From Lama glama (taxonomy: Eukaryota), in NCBI GenBank assembly GCA_028534125.1, contig CM052832.1, positions 10,666,001-10,730,000 of the forward strand: a DNA stretch of 64,000 nt. The letters are read 5' to 3'. The notes under the pieces were generated by a model that ran no database searches, was not told the DNA's origin, and was given only the letters and a program-made list of their open reading frames with translations. A program made the position numbers and the translations under genes. Every line of letters begins with the position of its first letter. Positions within the stretch are counted from its first letter, which is position 1. This document shows positions 1 through 12,734 of this stretch, piece after piece.

Positions 1-101
1 TGTCCTGTCCTGTCCTGTTCTATTAAACATGCTGGTCATAATCTACTGCATTGATTCCATCACCCACCAATGGACCATGAACTGCAATTTGATAAACACT
101 G
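1..101. mobile_element. End of an ancient hAT-Charlie type non-autonomous DNA transposon (family uncertain), truncated by the window edge
   Basis: Ends in ...gcaatttgataaacactg, a Charlie-type TIR (cagtgttt...caaa on the other strand), followed by atctggag, which resembles the NTCTAGAN hAT target. Internal tgctggtcataatctact..ttgattccatcacccaccaatgg matches my recollection of a Charlie consensus. Confidence 0.55.
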
Positions 102-1789
102 ATCTGGAGTGATTGGAAAGATCTGTGTGATGGGTGTAGGGAGCTTCTGTCTGTTCCAATGTGTGTTAGTAAGAGCAGTTTTCCTCCTGGAGCATCTTCC
201 GGCTGGCCGATCCAGACAGAAAACTTTCACCCAGCAGCAGGCCAGCAGCCGCAGGCCCGTTCCCTGCAGGAGTGAGGCATGCCCTCCCCCTGCCACCCCT
301 GCCCCTGTGCTTCCCTGGTACTGCCCAGGTATTTCTGTGTATGTGAGCCTACCTGGCCTCACAAGGGCTCCCTGCCCAGGGATGGTGCCTGACACATCAC
401 AGCATCCTGGCTTGGTCATGGAGGAGCCCATGAAGCCTGGAGTACGTGATCTCTGAAAGGTGGGAGGTGGCAGTGGCTGATGCTGCTGCCTGGAGCCTTG
501 TCCCAGACTCAGTGGGAGAGGGCCTCCCAGACTGGATTCCATTTAGTCCATAAATACTTACTTAGCATTTTCTATGTTCTGTGCATAGTAATATATTAAG
601 GCCACAGAAATGAAGAGATCTCTCAACAAATGTTTACTGAGCTTCCTCTGAGTGCGTGGCCCAGGGCTTCATCTCTGTGCAGAGATGAAGGAGGGGCAGT
701 CTTGCTCCCCAAGAGCTGGTGTCTGGGGGAGGCATGTGCGGACAGATGGTTAAAACTGTGCTTGGTTTGGGGATGGCCAAGTCAGGACTGAGCCTGGGAA
801 ACAGAAGAGGGAGGAAGGCTGGATCTTGTGCACTAGCTGCTCCCACATGGGTGGGGTTTGGAAGAATGGCAGAGAAGGAGAAATGAGGATTTGCGAACAA
901 GACAAAAGAGCCTGTCTAGGATGGGGAGGGGGTCTGCAGGGTGGGAGGGGCGGAGTCAGTGCAGCTCCTTGTGGGGAGGGTGCTGGGCAGGGTGCTGGGC
1001 AGGGGTGGAGCAGGAGCAAGGGCAGGAGGAGCCCAGGGGAGGGGCAGGCTTGAGTCACATCCCTCCTGGCCCTCCGTGATTCCCTGCGAATCTCAGAGGC
1101 TGGAGGGCTTCTTGGTCAAAAAGGCAAGTAATTATAGGTGGGACCAAGTAACTCCTTCAGGTTCTCTTCCCTCTCTCCCCTCCCTCCACCCCTCTCCCAG
1201 CCAGTGCTAGGCTCCCAGAGGCTCCCATGCTCAGGCTGGGACAGTCCCAGCCACACCAGGGATTCCCAGGGTCTGAGGGTGTCCCATCCACTGCCTGATT
1301 CTTCTCTGTGCAGGATTTATAGTGGCGGGAGACATAAACTAAATTCGAGTAACGTGGCAACTAAATTCAAACAGTGGCATTGGGCAATAGACTGAGAGCT
1401 AGAAGCGTGGAAATGGCTTTACTTAGGAGCCCTGATTTACAGCATCATCAGGAGGCCTCGTGGTCCTGCTCGGCACAGGGGGAACATTTAGAGGCTGACC
1501 CCTCCCCACTGGCCAGCCAGCTCCCATTCTGCACTTGACAGATGAGGGGAACAGAGCAGCATGGCCTCACCTACCCATCCCCAGTTCCATCAGCAGCTTC
1601 ATCTCACCATCCCAAGATGCTTCTCTGCTGAGATCTGCACCCCAACATAGGCTGCCTGCCAAGCCCCCATTAATCTTCATTGTCTTCAGAAATCACTCCT
1701 GTGGGGCACATCCCTCGATGCTGGCACCCCCGTGGGGGCGTGCTGCTTGCACCCTGTGTCTCCCACACAGTTCAGGGTCAGGGTGAAGC

Positions 1790-2000
1790 CCGGCCTTTGG
1801 ACCCTGAGCTGCCTCTGAGCACTGAGGACCTGGAGCAGGTTACGTAGCGTCTCTGTGTCTCCGTTTCCTCACCTGCAGGATGTCGCCCACCTCATGGTGC
1901 GTTTTGTGGGGATTAAATGACAGGATGCAAGCACAGTGCTTGGGAGAGCAGAGGAGGAGCTCTGAGTGATAGGACTAGGTGCTGCTGCCACTGCTAATAG
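1790..2000 (+). mobile_element. MIR SINE
   Basis: Core tctctgtgtctccgtttcctcacctgcagg...gggattaaatga...agcacagtgcttgg. Confidence 0.7.
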
Positions 2001-2819
2001 CCATAATAATGATAAACTAAAAATTCAGTTATTCTGTAATCAGTATAGCCCTCGCCTTCCCCATCAGACCCCAAACTCCACGAAGTCAAGAACCCTCTTC
2101 CCCATAAGATGGAGGGCATCCCCTCCCATGCTGCCCCTCCCTGTCGTCTGTGACCCCCGTCTGTGACCCACTGACCTCTCCTGCTTAGCTCACTGACAGC
2201 CTAAACCCCACAGGAGCCAAGTGGCCGCACCCACTTCCCACCTCCAGTGCGGATCCATCCTCACAGACCCGGCCCCTGGCAGGACTGGAGGACGGAGCGG
2301 CAGATCCCTCGCAGAGGGCGGTGGCCCAGTCCTTTAACAATCGGGGAAGGAAGTCCAGGCTGTTCCTCTTCTGGCCATGAACCAGCGGCAGGAAGAAAAT
2401 CTGCACTGTCCACTCAGGAGTGCTGAGGGTGTGGGCTGGAACTTTCCTCCTGTTCCCAGGCCCTGAAGCTCCTGCCTGGATCCAGAGGAGCGGGGCTGAA
2501 GGAGGCGCGGTGCTGGAGGATCCCTCAGGGTGATCAGAAAGAACAGCTGCCCCGGGGACTTTGGCTTACTCAGGCCAGGAGCACCAGAAACCACCCATCA
2601 GCCAGAAGGCACCTCCTTTCTTCTTCCTCCCTCTGTGTGGGGAGTCAGCAGATGCGTGGTGCGCCATCAGGCATCTCTACTGCTCAATACTGGAATCTTA
2701 CTTCTTTCAGGCAAATTGGGCAAGCAAATCCTTGCCCAGAGTATAGAAACCAGGTAACAGCAAAACCACTGAGGATTCGGTTAGAAAAGGCTTCCCTGCA
2801 ATGAAATAACATCATCATT

Positions 2820-3020
2820 ATCAACACCAGTAATAATGATCACTTGTACGGCACTTACTGTGTGCCAAGTACTGTTCGAAACACTTTGTAAATAGTTATT
2901 TAAATCTCATAAGGATCTTATGAACTAGGTGTTGTTCTCACTCCAGTTTTATAGATGAAGCACAGGAAGGGTAAGTAACTTGCCCGAGGTCACACAGCAA
3001 AGCCAGGATCTGCACCCTTA
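2820..3020 (-). mobile_element. MIR SINE
   Basis: gcacttactgtgtgccaagtactgtt...ccagttttatagatgaa...gtaagtaacttgcccgaggtcacacagc. Confidence 0.85.
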
Positions 3021-3861
3021 ATCATGAGTGTGTAGGGGAATCTATGATGTAATCAATGGTTTGTAGCACCTCTGCTGCCCCAGTTTCTTTCCCAGGGCAC
3101 ACCTCACTCTTATCTTCATTTGTAGATATCCTTCTGGGCCCTCAAGACCAAGGCCTGTCTTTGACACCAGGCTTCCACAGACCCTTGCCTGTGGATCTTA
3201 TCTCTTTGTGACTCTCTGGGGTGAAGGCCAGAAGTGGCAGCCTTGGCCCTGCCACTGTCTCCAACATCCTTGCCCCTTCTCTGAACCTCCACACCTCTAC
3301 TTCCTGCCCTTTCTGTGTCATTTCTGTGAGAGTCAGGACATCATTTCCACTGGCCAGGTGTCAGCTTTGAGAGCAGGCTTTTTTCTTCCAAAGGTCAGAA
3401 ACAGGGTGGACCCGTGGGGGCCTTGCCCCTGAATGAAGGAAGGTCTGATGAATCATGTGGCATCCTCTGTCGTGAGCTCACAGCCATCCTATCCCAAATC
3501 CTTCAGAGGTGTTAGGCTGGGGGACCTGCACAGAATGAGACGGTGGTGGGACAGCAGAAGGACTGTGAGGCATGACTAATGGGGGAGGAGGCCCGGGGGG
3601 CACCTGGCAGCTGAGCATTGATTATGATCCTGGTTATTATCATGTCCATAGTCTTAAGGAGCTCTCTGTCATAGGTGACGTAGATTAGGCAAAACTGAAG
3701 GATTCCTTGAACTGGATTTGAATTGGATTTGTATCTTAGGAGCTCTAAGTATCAGTGGCTGTGGCCTCAGGAATTCTGGGATTGGGCCAAACGTGGGATC
3801 ACCCAGACAGGGAGACATGAGTCCAAGAAATCAGCCATTCAGAAGAGGGCCCAAGGCATTA

Positions 3862-3892
3862 GTGTGTGTGTGTCTGTGTGTGTGTGTGTGTG
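3862..3892. repeat. (GT)n microsatellite, one interruption
   Basis: Seen directly. Confidence 0.95.
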
Positions 3893-6719
3893 TAAGAGAG
3901 CCACTGGGTTCTAGCTCCCTCTCTATTACTAACCAGCTGTGGGACCTTGTGCCCACTGCCTGCACTCTCATCTGGAATAACTTACCATCCTGTGGATAAG
4001 ATGTGTGCTTTCTGAAAGCTGTGATGGTGGAATGTCCTGCAGAGCCAGGGCGTGGGAAGGAGCGTCCTGGGAGAATGATCACCCTCCGGTTGTCTTGCCC
4101 CCTCCCCTCACCCATCCTTTCAGAAGAGCACATGGCCTCCCTCCTTCCATCCTCACAGCTCTGCACCTTCAGGTTAGCTTCAGATCCCATTAGTCCTTTT
4201 GGGCAGAAGGGTCTTGCCTTAGGGTGAGAGGGGCCTGCCAGAGCATCAGGTCCCAGTCAAGGACCAGAAGGGCTGGGTCCCTGCAGGCTGTGGAAGTGCG
4301 ACATAGGAGAGCTGGCCCTGCAGCCTGGGCCAAGGCTGGGGAGAGGGCCTGGGAGGGCCCTCTGATGCCCATGGCTCCTCCCAGGCTCTCCAAACCCCAA
4401 GTCAGAGCCACTGGGGTAATTCTAGACCCACCAGCTGGTGGGGCCCTTCCTAGGTGGCTCAGCTGGGTGGGGTGGGTAGGGCTTGAGGAGGGCAGGTCTG
4501 CTGAGAGCAAGGGTCATGGTGCCCAGAACATACTTGGCACAGAGCCTGGAACAGAGTACATTCTCCATGTATTATTGTTGTTAAGCGTATCCTGTTTTTA
4601 TTATGTGTCTTGTCAGGGAGCTCCCAGTCTGAGATGACACAGATGTAGGCAAAAAAGAAAGACGTAGCGCAGTAAAACAATCAGTGATTTCTAGGTAAGA
4701 AATTCTATGGGCAAAGATGCACGTCAGGGATGCGCGTAGGTGGGAATGGGTGCTCCGTGGTGGGCGTTCCAGGTCAGGGTTGAGAGGGCTGGACCGGAAT
4801 CACCACCGCCTCTCATCTATTCAATGCAAGTAGGCTTCCTGTGGGAGGGGAGGTTTCTGAAGCCTTTTGGAGGATGGGAGAGAAACTGGCTGGGGAAAAT
4901 AAGTGAGTACCAGGATGTGGGGCTGAGAATAAAGGATTTCTCTCACAAAGCCAGGAGCTACAGTCTCCTCCCTCTGCCCCCTGGAGCATGGTCTGTAAGG
5001 AGGGGGCTCTGAGTGGGACTGCATGTAGCTGTTACCTCCCGGATGGGGCTCCGACAGCCCATCAGTTGGCTGCCACCCGTCCCTCTGTGATCGATACTCT
5101 GAGAAAGGTTTCCTGCATCCTGCCGGCTCATTTTCACACGTGAAGGGGAAAGAAAAAGCAGGGAGGGTCTCCTCTCCTAAGCAGTGGTTAGCTCATCTCC
5201 TCCCTGCCTCCCCTCACCCTGCCAAAGGTGGAGGAGCAGGCAGGAGGGGGCCCCCAGCTGAGTGCCTTCCATTGTACCGGCCTTTCTAAAGCTGGCAAAG
5301 ACAATGCCTTACATTCTCGGGGAAAAGAGAATGGGAGGAATTACTTAATCAGCTGTAAAGAGAAGGACGGAGTTATGTTAGATGTCAGGAAGAACCTTCC
5401 CCCAGCATGCGAGGAAAAGGCCTTTTTGTTACGTTATAATTAATTATACATTATTGAAAATGGCTTTGTTAGGAGCAGAATGTCAGCCTCACCTGCTTAT
5501 GCAGTGGAAGCCACCGTGCTTGTAGGTTGATTTACTGTGGGGTGACTTTTAACCAAGAAACCAGCTAGGGGCAGAGATAAAAGGTAGATGAAAGATATGT
5601 AGGTGGAAGGATAAAAGTGATTTTTTTTTCGGAGGAGAGGGAGGGAGAAAGAGAGAGAGGCTGAGAAACAAAAGTTTAAACAACAAGCAGTGTTTGAGAC
5701 TTCGGGCCACTCATCTGACCTCCTTGGTCTCAGTTTACTCATCTATAAAAGGGGGCCCCATTTTGGCTTAAGTAGCCGGTGCTTCTATGAAGCTGTAAGT
5801 ATGATTTGACAACCAGTTGTTGGGTCCACTTTACCTTGAATTAATGGTTACTCTTGGGAAACAGGCAAGGAAAAGAGTAAAAAGTAGTTCCCTATTTCTT
5901 TGGGACCTTTCGCTTCCTGTCAGTCTGTCCATGTAAGCTGCCACCTATCATCTTGTCTCTCTACCCACCCATCTCTGTATCACTCTGTCCACTCACACCC
6001 TCCCCTGCCCCATCCATCCACCCACCTATCCATCTGTCTCATTCATCCATCTGTCAGTCCACCCATCTCTCTGTCTTGAATTCTAGCTTTCTCCTGGATG
6101 GGACCAAGGTAGGGAAGACAGAGTTTTGGAAGGCCCAAGAAGAAAGACCCTGAGGAGGATCTGAGATTAGTGCATCAGACAGAACTCTCCAGAAGTGAGG
6201 TGATTTTATAAACTGAATCCCAGATCCACTTACATGTTCCTACCCAGACCTCTGGGCAGCCTCTGGGCAGTCAGTCCTTCCACAAACTCTCCCCTTTGCT
6301 TTCGTACTTCCCACAGACCATTCTTCTCCCTCTTAGGAGGGGATGGGGATAAGGGGCAGAAGCCTGTACCCAGTAAGGAAGCCCTGATGGTGGGAATAGA
6401 GGAACCAGTTGGTGGAGGGACCGAGGTGGGTGGGTAGGTGGGGAAGTGAGGAGTTGAGGGTGATTCCTTCTCTGAAGACCTTGAAAGGTCAGCTGAGAGA
6501 GGAGAGACTTGCTAGAAGCCCCCTTGGGTCCTTGAACAGCAGTATCTGGGACCGATGGACCTCTATGGTCCCAGAGAATTAACTAACTTGTTGAATAGCT
6601 GAATATATTAATGGATTGATTAAGTATGGGATTTTTACTGATTAAGATAAATGAAAATTGTGTAAGAGCACTCCAGTACAGAATTATTCTGGTCCACAAA
6701 ACCCCACAGTACATGATAG

Positions 6720-6905
6720 GCTGGTTTTAGTTTATTTTTTAAAGATATTTGTGAACAAAGATTGGAAGGATTATGCAAACATAAAAAAATAGTTGCTGGG
6801 CTAGGGTGATTAGAGTATGAGTGTTTTTCTTTCTTTTCTTTTCTAAAAACCTTTTAATGATTTCGCTTTTATAATGAAATTTTTTTAAGTGAAAAAAAAG
6901 AAAAA
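6720..6905 (+). mobile_element. Old L1 (L1ME-like) 3' end fragment
   Basis: AT-rich aagattggaagga...atagttgctgggctagggtgattagagtatgagtgtttttc...cttttataatgaaa, followed by an A-rich tail. Confidence 0.5.
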
Positions 6906-7119
6906 TAGGTTTTGAGACTTTAGTGACCTGTGTTTGATATTTGAATTCTCTATGTTTTTAGCTATAAATATATCTTCTTTTCGGCGGTGTGGTACTTCCC
7001 CTGGAGTTTACTTTTTCAAAGTCCCATGTGATTGTGTCTGCTCGGCTCCCTCTCTGAGAAGTTCCCATTTCCGCAGGCGATGGGGGAGCAGCTGTAAGAT
7101 AATGTTTCAATACAGAGAG

Positions 7120-7279
7120 CTTTGCTACTCCAACTGTGGTCCGCGGAGTGTTGGCATCACCTGGGTACTAGTTAGAAATGACAGTTCTTGGGCCCGAACC
7201 CAGACCTACTAAATTTGAATTGGCATTTTAACAAGACCCTCAGGTAATTTGTATGCACCTTCAGATTTGAGAACCACCG
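7120..7279. mobile_element. MER5A/MER5A1 hAT-Charlie MITE (copy 1)
   Basis: tgtggtccgcgg..ggcatcacctggg..gttagaaatg..cccagacctactaaat..gcattttaacaaga..tttgagaaccaccg. Confidence 0.85.
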
Positions 7280-7287
7280 TTCTAGAA

Positions 7288-7453
7288 GAGTGGTTCTCAA
7301 GCTTGAGCATACATCAGGACCAGGATTGTGGTGCCCACTTCAGAGTTTCTGATTCAGTAGGTCTGGGGTGGAACCCAAGGGAATTTGCACTTCTTTTGAG
7401 TTCCCTGGTGAGACTGATGCTGCAGATTAGAGATCAAACTTTGGGAACCACTG
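7288..7453. mobile_element. MER5A hAT-Charlie MITE (copy 2, opposite orientation to copy 1)
   Basis: agtggttctcaa..cagagtttctgattcagtaggtctggggtgg..gaatttgca..ctgatgctgc..ctttgggaaccactg. Confidence 0.85.
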
Positions 7454-7989
7454 CTCTCAGGATGGAGCAAAATGCTATGGTTCCCAATGAGGGAAAAATG
7501 TAGGAACTGGTGTGGCCTTCACCTGTGTAAATGGATTGTCACCTCTGTGGGACGGACTTGGGTGGGTCTTTTCTTTTGGCTTCAGTTTCCTCATCAGTTA
7601 AGTGGGTGAATTGGACATGATGGACTTCCACCTCTGATCTTTCTTAATATTTGATTCTATCACATTTTCACGTCAGAGCTGATGAGAGCAATTATTTTTA
7701 CAATTATTTTACAATTATTTCTACTGTTCATACGGAGACTGCTCTGTGAATCCTTCAGCCTCCATACTGAACTGCTGGGTTACTGCTTGTGCAGTCTTAT
7801 CATCATGGCCTCTATAGTTCTGTCGTGGAGTTAGCCCTCAACAGCCACTTCTACTCCCGTAACTAATGATTGTCTACATTTGTTGATTCATTCAATATTT
7901 ACGATCTAGGGTCCTGCTAGTGGGTTAGGTGCCATGGTGGAATCCAAAGAAGTGAGTTAAGCTCAAGAGATTCGTCCATGGCCTAGCTT

Positions 7990-10650
7990 TTAAATATAAA
8001 TAGTGGAAAACCCAACTCAAACTAGGTAAAACCATCGAAGATGTTTATTGGTTCATGTGTTTGGAAAGCTGGGCAGTAACGTGGACTTCAGGAGCAGGCC
8101 TCGGGCTCCATTTCTCATTGGCTCTCTGTCCTGTCTGTCCTTTGTGAGCTGGTCTTGTCTTCCTCCTCTGACTTCCTTCCTGGCCTCACATCTTCATCCT
8201 GTGCTTTCTTGAAGAATGTAGGTTTCTGGAAGGCAACGACCATGCCTCTGTCGTTCATTATAGGCTCTACCATTGCCTAGAACAGTGCCTGGCATGCAGT
8301 TGGCCTCTATAATTACCTGTTAGGGAGTACTGTGGCCCTGAGAGTCACTCTAAATGGACAGACCTGGGTCACAGTTTCCTCAGGAACTAGTCTTTGTGGC
8401 TCAGATCATGACCCATCACTAACTGTCCTAGTGTCACGTACATGCTCCACCCTGCAGTTGGAGACTGAATCAGCTTCCCTCAACCCAGAGGAGGTCCTAA
8501 ATAAAATTTGGGAGCTTTAATGATGGATCCTTAGAAGGCAACTGCAAATATCCATCGCAGTCCACCTTTTTGGCTGAAACACATACTCTTGTACTATATA
8601 AACGCTTTTAAAAATACCTACCTATGAACAACGCACTCACCTCATGCCCAGAGCAAGGCATTGTGAGATTTCACCCAGCTCCTGCCTACAGCTCCTGATC
8701 CAGCATCTTTAGGTGCTGTGAGTCCTCTCCATCCCATTCAGATAAAACTGCTGATGTTTCAGGCCCTGATTTTTTAAGTGGTAAGCTATCTATGCCTCAG
8801 CACACCCAGTAGTGGAGAGAATATGAGAACTGCAAAAATAAACAGATGAAGCAAATAAAAACATACCACTTCCATTTGGAAAACAGTAAAATCGGAAAGC
8901 CACATTGCTGTCATTGGTTTGTGGTCCATAGCATCTTCTTCTAGCAGCGTGTGCCTTCTCTGGTTAGCCTGTTGTGGGTGGGCGGCTTTCCCTGGTTCAC
9001 TGTCCTCCTGGCCCCCTCTGAGACGGACATTGCAGGGGACCTTTCTTCTCCATACTTTAGCAGTTGCCTCCTATTGCATGAGGCTGGAAACTTGGGCATT
9101 ACCTTAGAGTCTGAGCAATCAAAGGCCATTGTCAGCCAGACTTGACAACGTAACTCTCTAAAGACCTTAGATTTCTGGTCTGTTTACCTCCCGGTCGATA
9201 CCATGTGCCAATAACGGCAGCCAAGAGATATTGCTGAGTAAGTATTAAGTCTGAGAATTGTCTCCTAGCAACAGAACTCCTTGCTCTGCTCATTCTCTAG
9301 CCCTTAGTTTCATAGCTCCTGCCTCTACACAGTACCTCCTGGGGGCCTCTTCCTTGGGACAGGGAGTCACCAGTGATCTGCCCTCTGCTCACTGCCTACA
9401 TCTCAGCTGCAACCTTGCAACAGGTAGGATTGTCCTCATTGCCAGGAGGGGATTTTATTTCAAGAGAAGTTTGTGTGTGGTTCAGGGACTCAGACTTCCT
9501 ATGGATCCCAATCTTATGTTCCACTATGATTCCTATACTTACCTTGGCTCTCACACAACAGCATCACTTTTCCATCCCTGCCAGGCTCCAGATTACGATA
9601 ATCTCAAAGAAATTTGGATTATAAACCATAGGTGACAATGATAGCTTTTCTTGGCAAAGCCATATTTTCTTTCTTCTCTGCTCTCAGAGGGCTACCTTGA
9701 ACCAAAGGGTGTCTTTGTATGGTGGGACCCTACTTTTTATTGAAAGCCCCAGTAAGTGATCAGTGTATTTCAGCATCCTAAATTTTTCTTATCTGCTATA
9801 GTTCTATTGGGCACACAGTCTGGGACCCCAGGAGAATGAGGCAACAGTTTAAACACCCTCCTTGCTGTTACATATCAAGTGCTGACAATTTGCCAGATTG
9901 GGGAATGAGAGCCCCGCTGCTTCCCCAGTTGATATCACTGTACCAATTTTAAAAATCTACCCCTTTTCTCAAGTCATTCTACTGCCATTTGCTAGAGAGT
10001 GGTCTTGTGAAGATACAAATCTGTGATGGCTCCAAATGTCAGTGATGCCCCAGGCTTACGTAGGACACTGTCCCCAGTGGTCCTGGACCGGACGTCTTTG
10101 TTGTTGGCCAGAACACATCTTTGGTGTGGTGTAAACACCCTGCCTGACATTGCAGGGTCAATTATGTCAACATTTCCACTTCTTGTACCAGCGTCTCAAT
10201 CCACTAGATGTAATTGATTATAAGTGGACAAAACCCCAATTTGATCTGACTTCTAAAAATGAATGTTATTGACTTGTGTAGCAAGAAAGTGGTGGACTTC
10301 AGGCATGGATTCACCAGAGTTTGGCTCCATTTCTCCAGTCTCTGTGAGTTGGCTTTATCTTCCAGATGCCTTCCTCTTGGTAGCAAGAGGGCTGCAGCAG
10401 GTGCAGCTGCGTGTCCACAGATCAGGCCCTCTAGAAGGAGAGACAACACATTCTCCCAATAGTCTTGGGAGGAGGTGGGAGTCCCACTCTGATTGGACCT
10501 CCCTGAGCCATATGCTTCTTTTGTAACCAGTCACCATGGCCCCTGGAATTATGATGTACCAATTGGTGCTGGGAGGGGGTGGGATCTACTTAATGGAACC
10601 ACATAGCTCCCCTGACTGAAATCAAGGGAAGACGGCTATGCATGCTCTTG
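7990..10650 (-). mobile_element. ERVL-MaLR (MLT1J/K/L-like) element with two LTRs: 3' LTR ~7990-8559, internal ~8560-10200, 5' LTR ~10205-10650
   Basis: Two similar direct-repeat LTRs (aaacccaactcaaact..tttattggttcatg..gtggacttcagg..gctccatttctc and aaaccccaatttgatct..gttattgacttgtg..gtggacttcagg..gctccatttctc). MaLR-type internal 3' end/PPT agccaaaaaggtggac on minus at 8560-8575. Internal start motif tggtacaagaagtgg on minus at ~10176-10190. Confidence 0.75.
8225..8322 (+). mobile_element. L2 3' end fragment inside the MLT1 LTR
   Basis: ttgcctagaacagtgcctggcatgcagttggcctctataattacctgtt resembles the L2 terminus. Confidence 0.6.
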
Positions 10651-10659
10651 ATATAAATA

Positions 10660-10850
10660 ATGCTGATGACTATCATTTATTGTCCTGCTCTGTGCACTGG
10701 ATCAAAATGAACTATAAAGTAGGTACTCTTTTTACCCCTAATTTTACTCCCATGTAAAAGCAGATGAGAAAACTGAAGTTCTTACCTAAGTCACGTGACT
10801 GGTAATATTAGAAAAGGGTTTGACCCAAAGACTGCCAGATTTCAGTGAAA
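10660..10850 (-). mobile_element. MIR SINE
   Basis: catttattg..ctataaagtaggtact..cagatgagaaaactgaag..tacctaagtcac. Confidence 0.65.
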
Positions 10851-10879
10851 ATGGTGCTTTCTGGCTTCATTTAGTTGAA

Positions 10880-11326
10880 GCTATTGGTCAGGTCCTATCA
10901 GGAAACAGATGGCACACTCAAACGGGTTACTTAAAAAGGAAATATTTACAAAGATGCAGGCATGGCATTGGGAAGTCACAGGGATAATGCAATACCATAG
11001 GGCTAGTTACAATGGGGGGTTGTTAGCACCCCTAAACTTGAAGGGGTAAAGGGGGGTAGTTCCTGAAGCTCAGAGAGTGTGTGAGCAGAGCTGTCGCCTT
11101 GGCTTGAAGATCACAGCCAGACTCACACAGAGGGATGGGGGGATAAGTCCACTGTCCCTTCCCTCTCCCATCTCCTGCCAGTCTCCCCTATTTTTCTGCC
11201 CCAAGCAGAAGGCAGACAGCATGATGGCCATTGATTTTGAACACACGGATCAGCCTCCTGGGCATTGATCAGGGTGGAGAAGTCTGGACAGTAGATCTGG
11301 AGGGGAAACAAAGGATTCCCAGCACA
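10880..11326 (-). mobile_element. LTR33 (ERVL) solo LTR
   Basis: caggaaacagatggcacactcaaacggg...atttacaaag...tcagcctcctgggca..cagggtggagaag..gatctggaggggaaacaaaggattcccagcaca, as in the recalled LTR33 consensus. Confidence 0.8.
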
Positions 11327-11484
11327 GGGGCACTAAGGCATAATAGGCTTAATAACGTAATAGATGAAAAAGTATTATGGGGCAGGAGGGTCACTACGGT
11401 TTTGGGCCATTTACTGACATGAATCAAGATTTGCTTTATTGCCATTTTTACAACAGAAATACACTTTTAAATCAGTGAAATATA

Positions 11485-11895
11485 ATAGTTGCAGTTTATT
11501 GAATACCTACATTACCAAGTACTTCATGTATGTTATTTCAAATCTTCTCAGTAACTCTAAAAAGAAGATACTCCTATGAGACTTGTTTGACCCATAAAGA
11601 AACCGAGGCCCGGAGAGTTTAAACAGGTGTGGAAGGTAAGACCCAGGGCTGGGGAGGCTGACTGCTTGAGTTCAAATTCTAGGTCTACCGCTTACTCTTT
11701 GACTCCGTGCCTCAGTTTTCTCACCTGAAAAATGGGATAACAGTAGTACCTGCCGCACAGATAGTGAAACTATATGCAAAAGACTTGGAACAGTGCCTGG
11801 AACAGAGTAAATGCCCAATAAACATAAGCTATTTACTAAGTGCCTGGGGCTTGGAGACTGCAGAGCTGGGGTTTGAATTCAGACTCCAGAGCCAG
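11485..11895. mobile_element. Two MIRs: a minus-strand MIR interrupted by a plus-strand MIR (~11630-11835)
   Basis: tttattgaatacctac..aaaccgaggcccggagagtttaa | gagttcaaattctagg..gtgcctcagttttctcacctgaaaaatggggataacagtagtacct..gaacagtgcctgg | gcagagctggggtttgaattcaga. Confidence 0.7.
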
Positions 11896-12734
11896 TGAGG
11901 GTACCTTATCATCTGGTCTGTATCACAGAGCTGGCCAAGCCAGTGAGGGCATGTTATCAGGGGGTCCCCTGGGCTCCCCAAAAGCCCTGGCCAGGAGGTA
12001 GTTTATGCCCTTGGGCCCAGCTACTCACCTCTGCCCCTTCTGAATCGGAGACTAGCAGTCGGGCGGGGGGAGTGGGGGGTGGGTGCAGAGGCTGCAGGGA
12101 GACTCGGGGTCAGTATCAGCAAGTCGTTGGGGTTGATCACTCCACCTTCTTCCCAGGAAGGATGAGTTACCACGCACAGGGTTTGGCACAAACCCTTTGG
12201 AATGTACCATACTTTTAAGACTAAGTAGGCACACCTGAGCTGTATCCTCAGCTGCGTTCCAGACCCTGTCTCCGTGCTGTCTTTCCTGTGCTACCTGCCA
12301 GCAAAACGGCCTGTGGCCTTTGGTGCTAAACCCTCTTCACCTGCCCTCTCTCAGCCCTCTGCCCCAGCCAAGCTGTGATCCTCAGAAACAGCCACTGGGA
12401 CTCTCTGGAGCACCCGCCCTGTCCCATCCCAAGTGCAGGGCAGAACTCACAGAAGCCAGGGGTTTGGCTCAACCTGTTCGTTGATTGTCTACACTGAAAT
12501 ACTCTCATTCAATAGGTAGTTATCACATGCTTTCCTGGACAGGCATGATTCTAGGACCTGAAGATACAATGCTGAAAGAAAAGTTAAAAAAGAAACAGTA
12601 AAAAAAAAATAATCCCTACCCTCACGGAGCTATTTTAAAATACCTCTCTACTCACAGGCCAAAGGTTGTCTGCAGCCACTGGAATTGTACTGTAGTTACC
12701 ACTGCAGCTCAGAAAACCCAGGCCCAGGCCTCAC

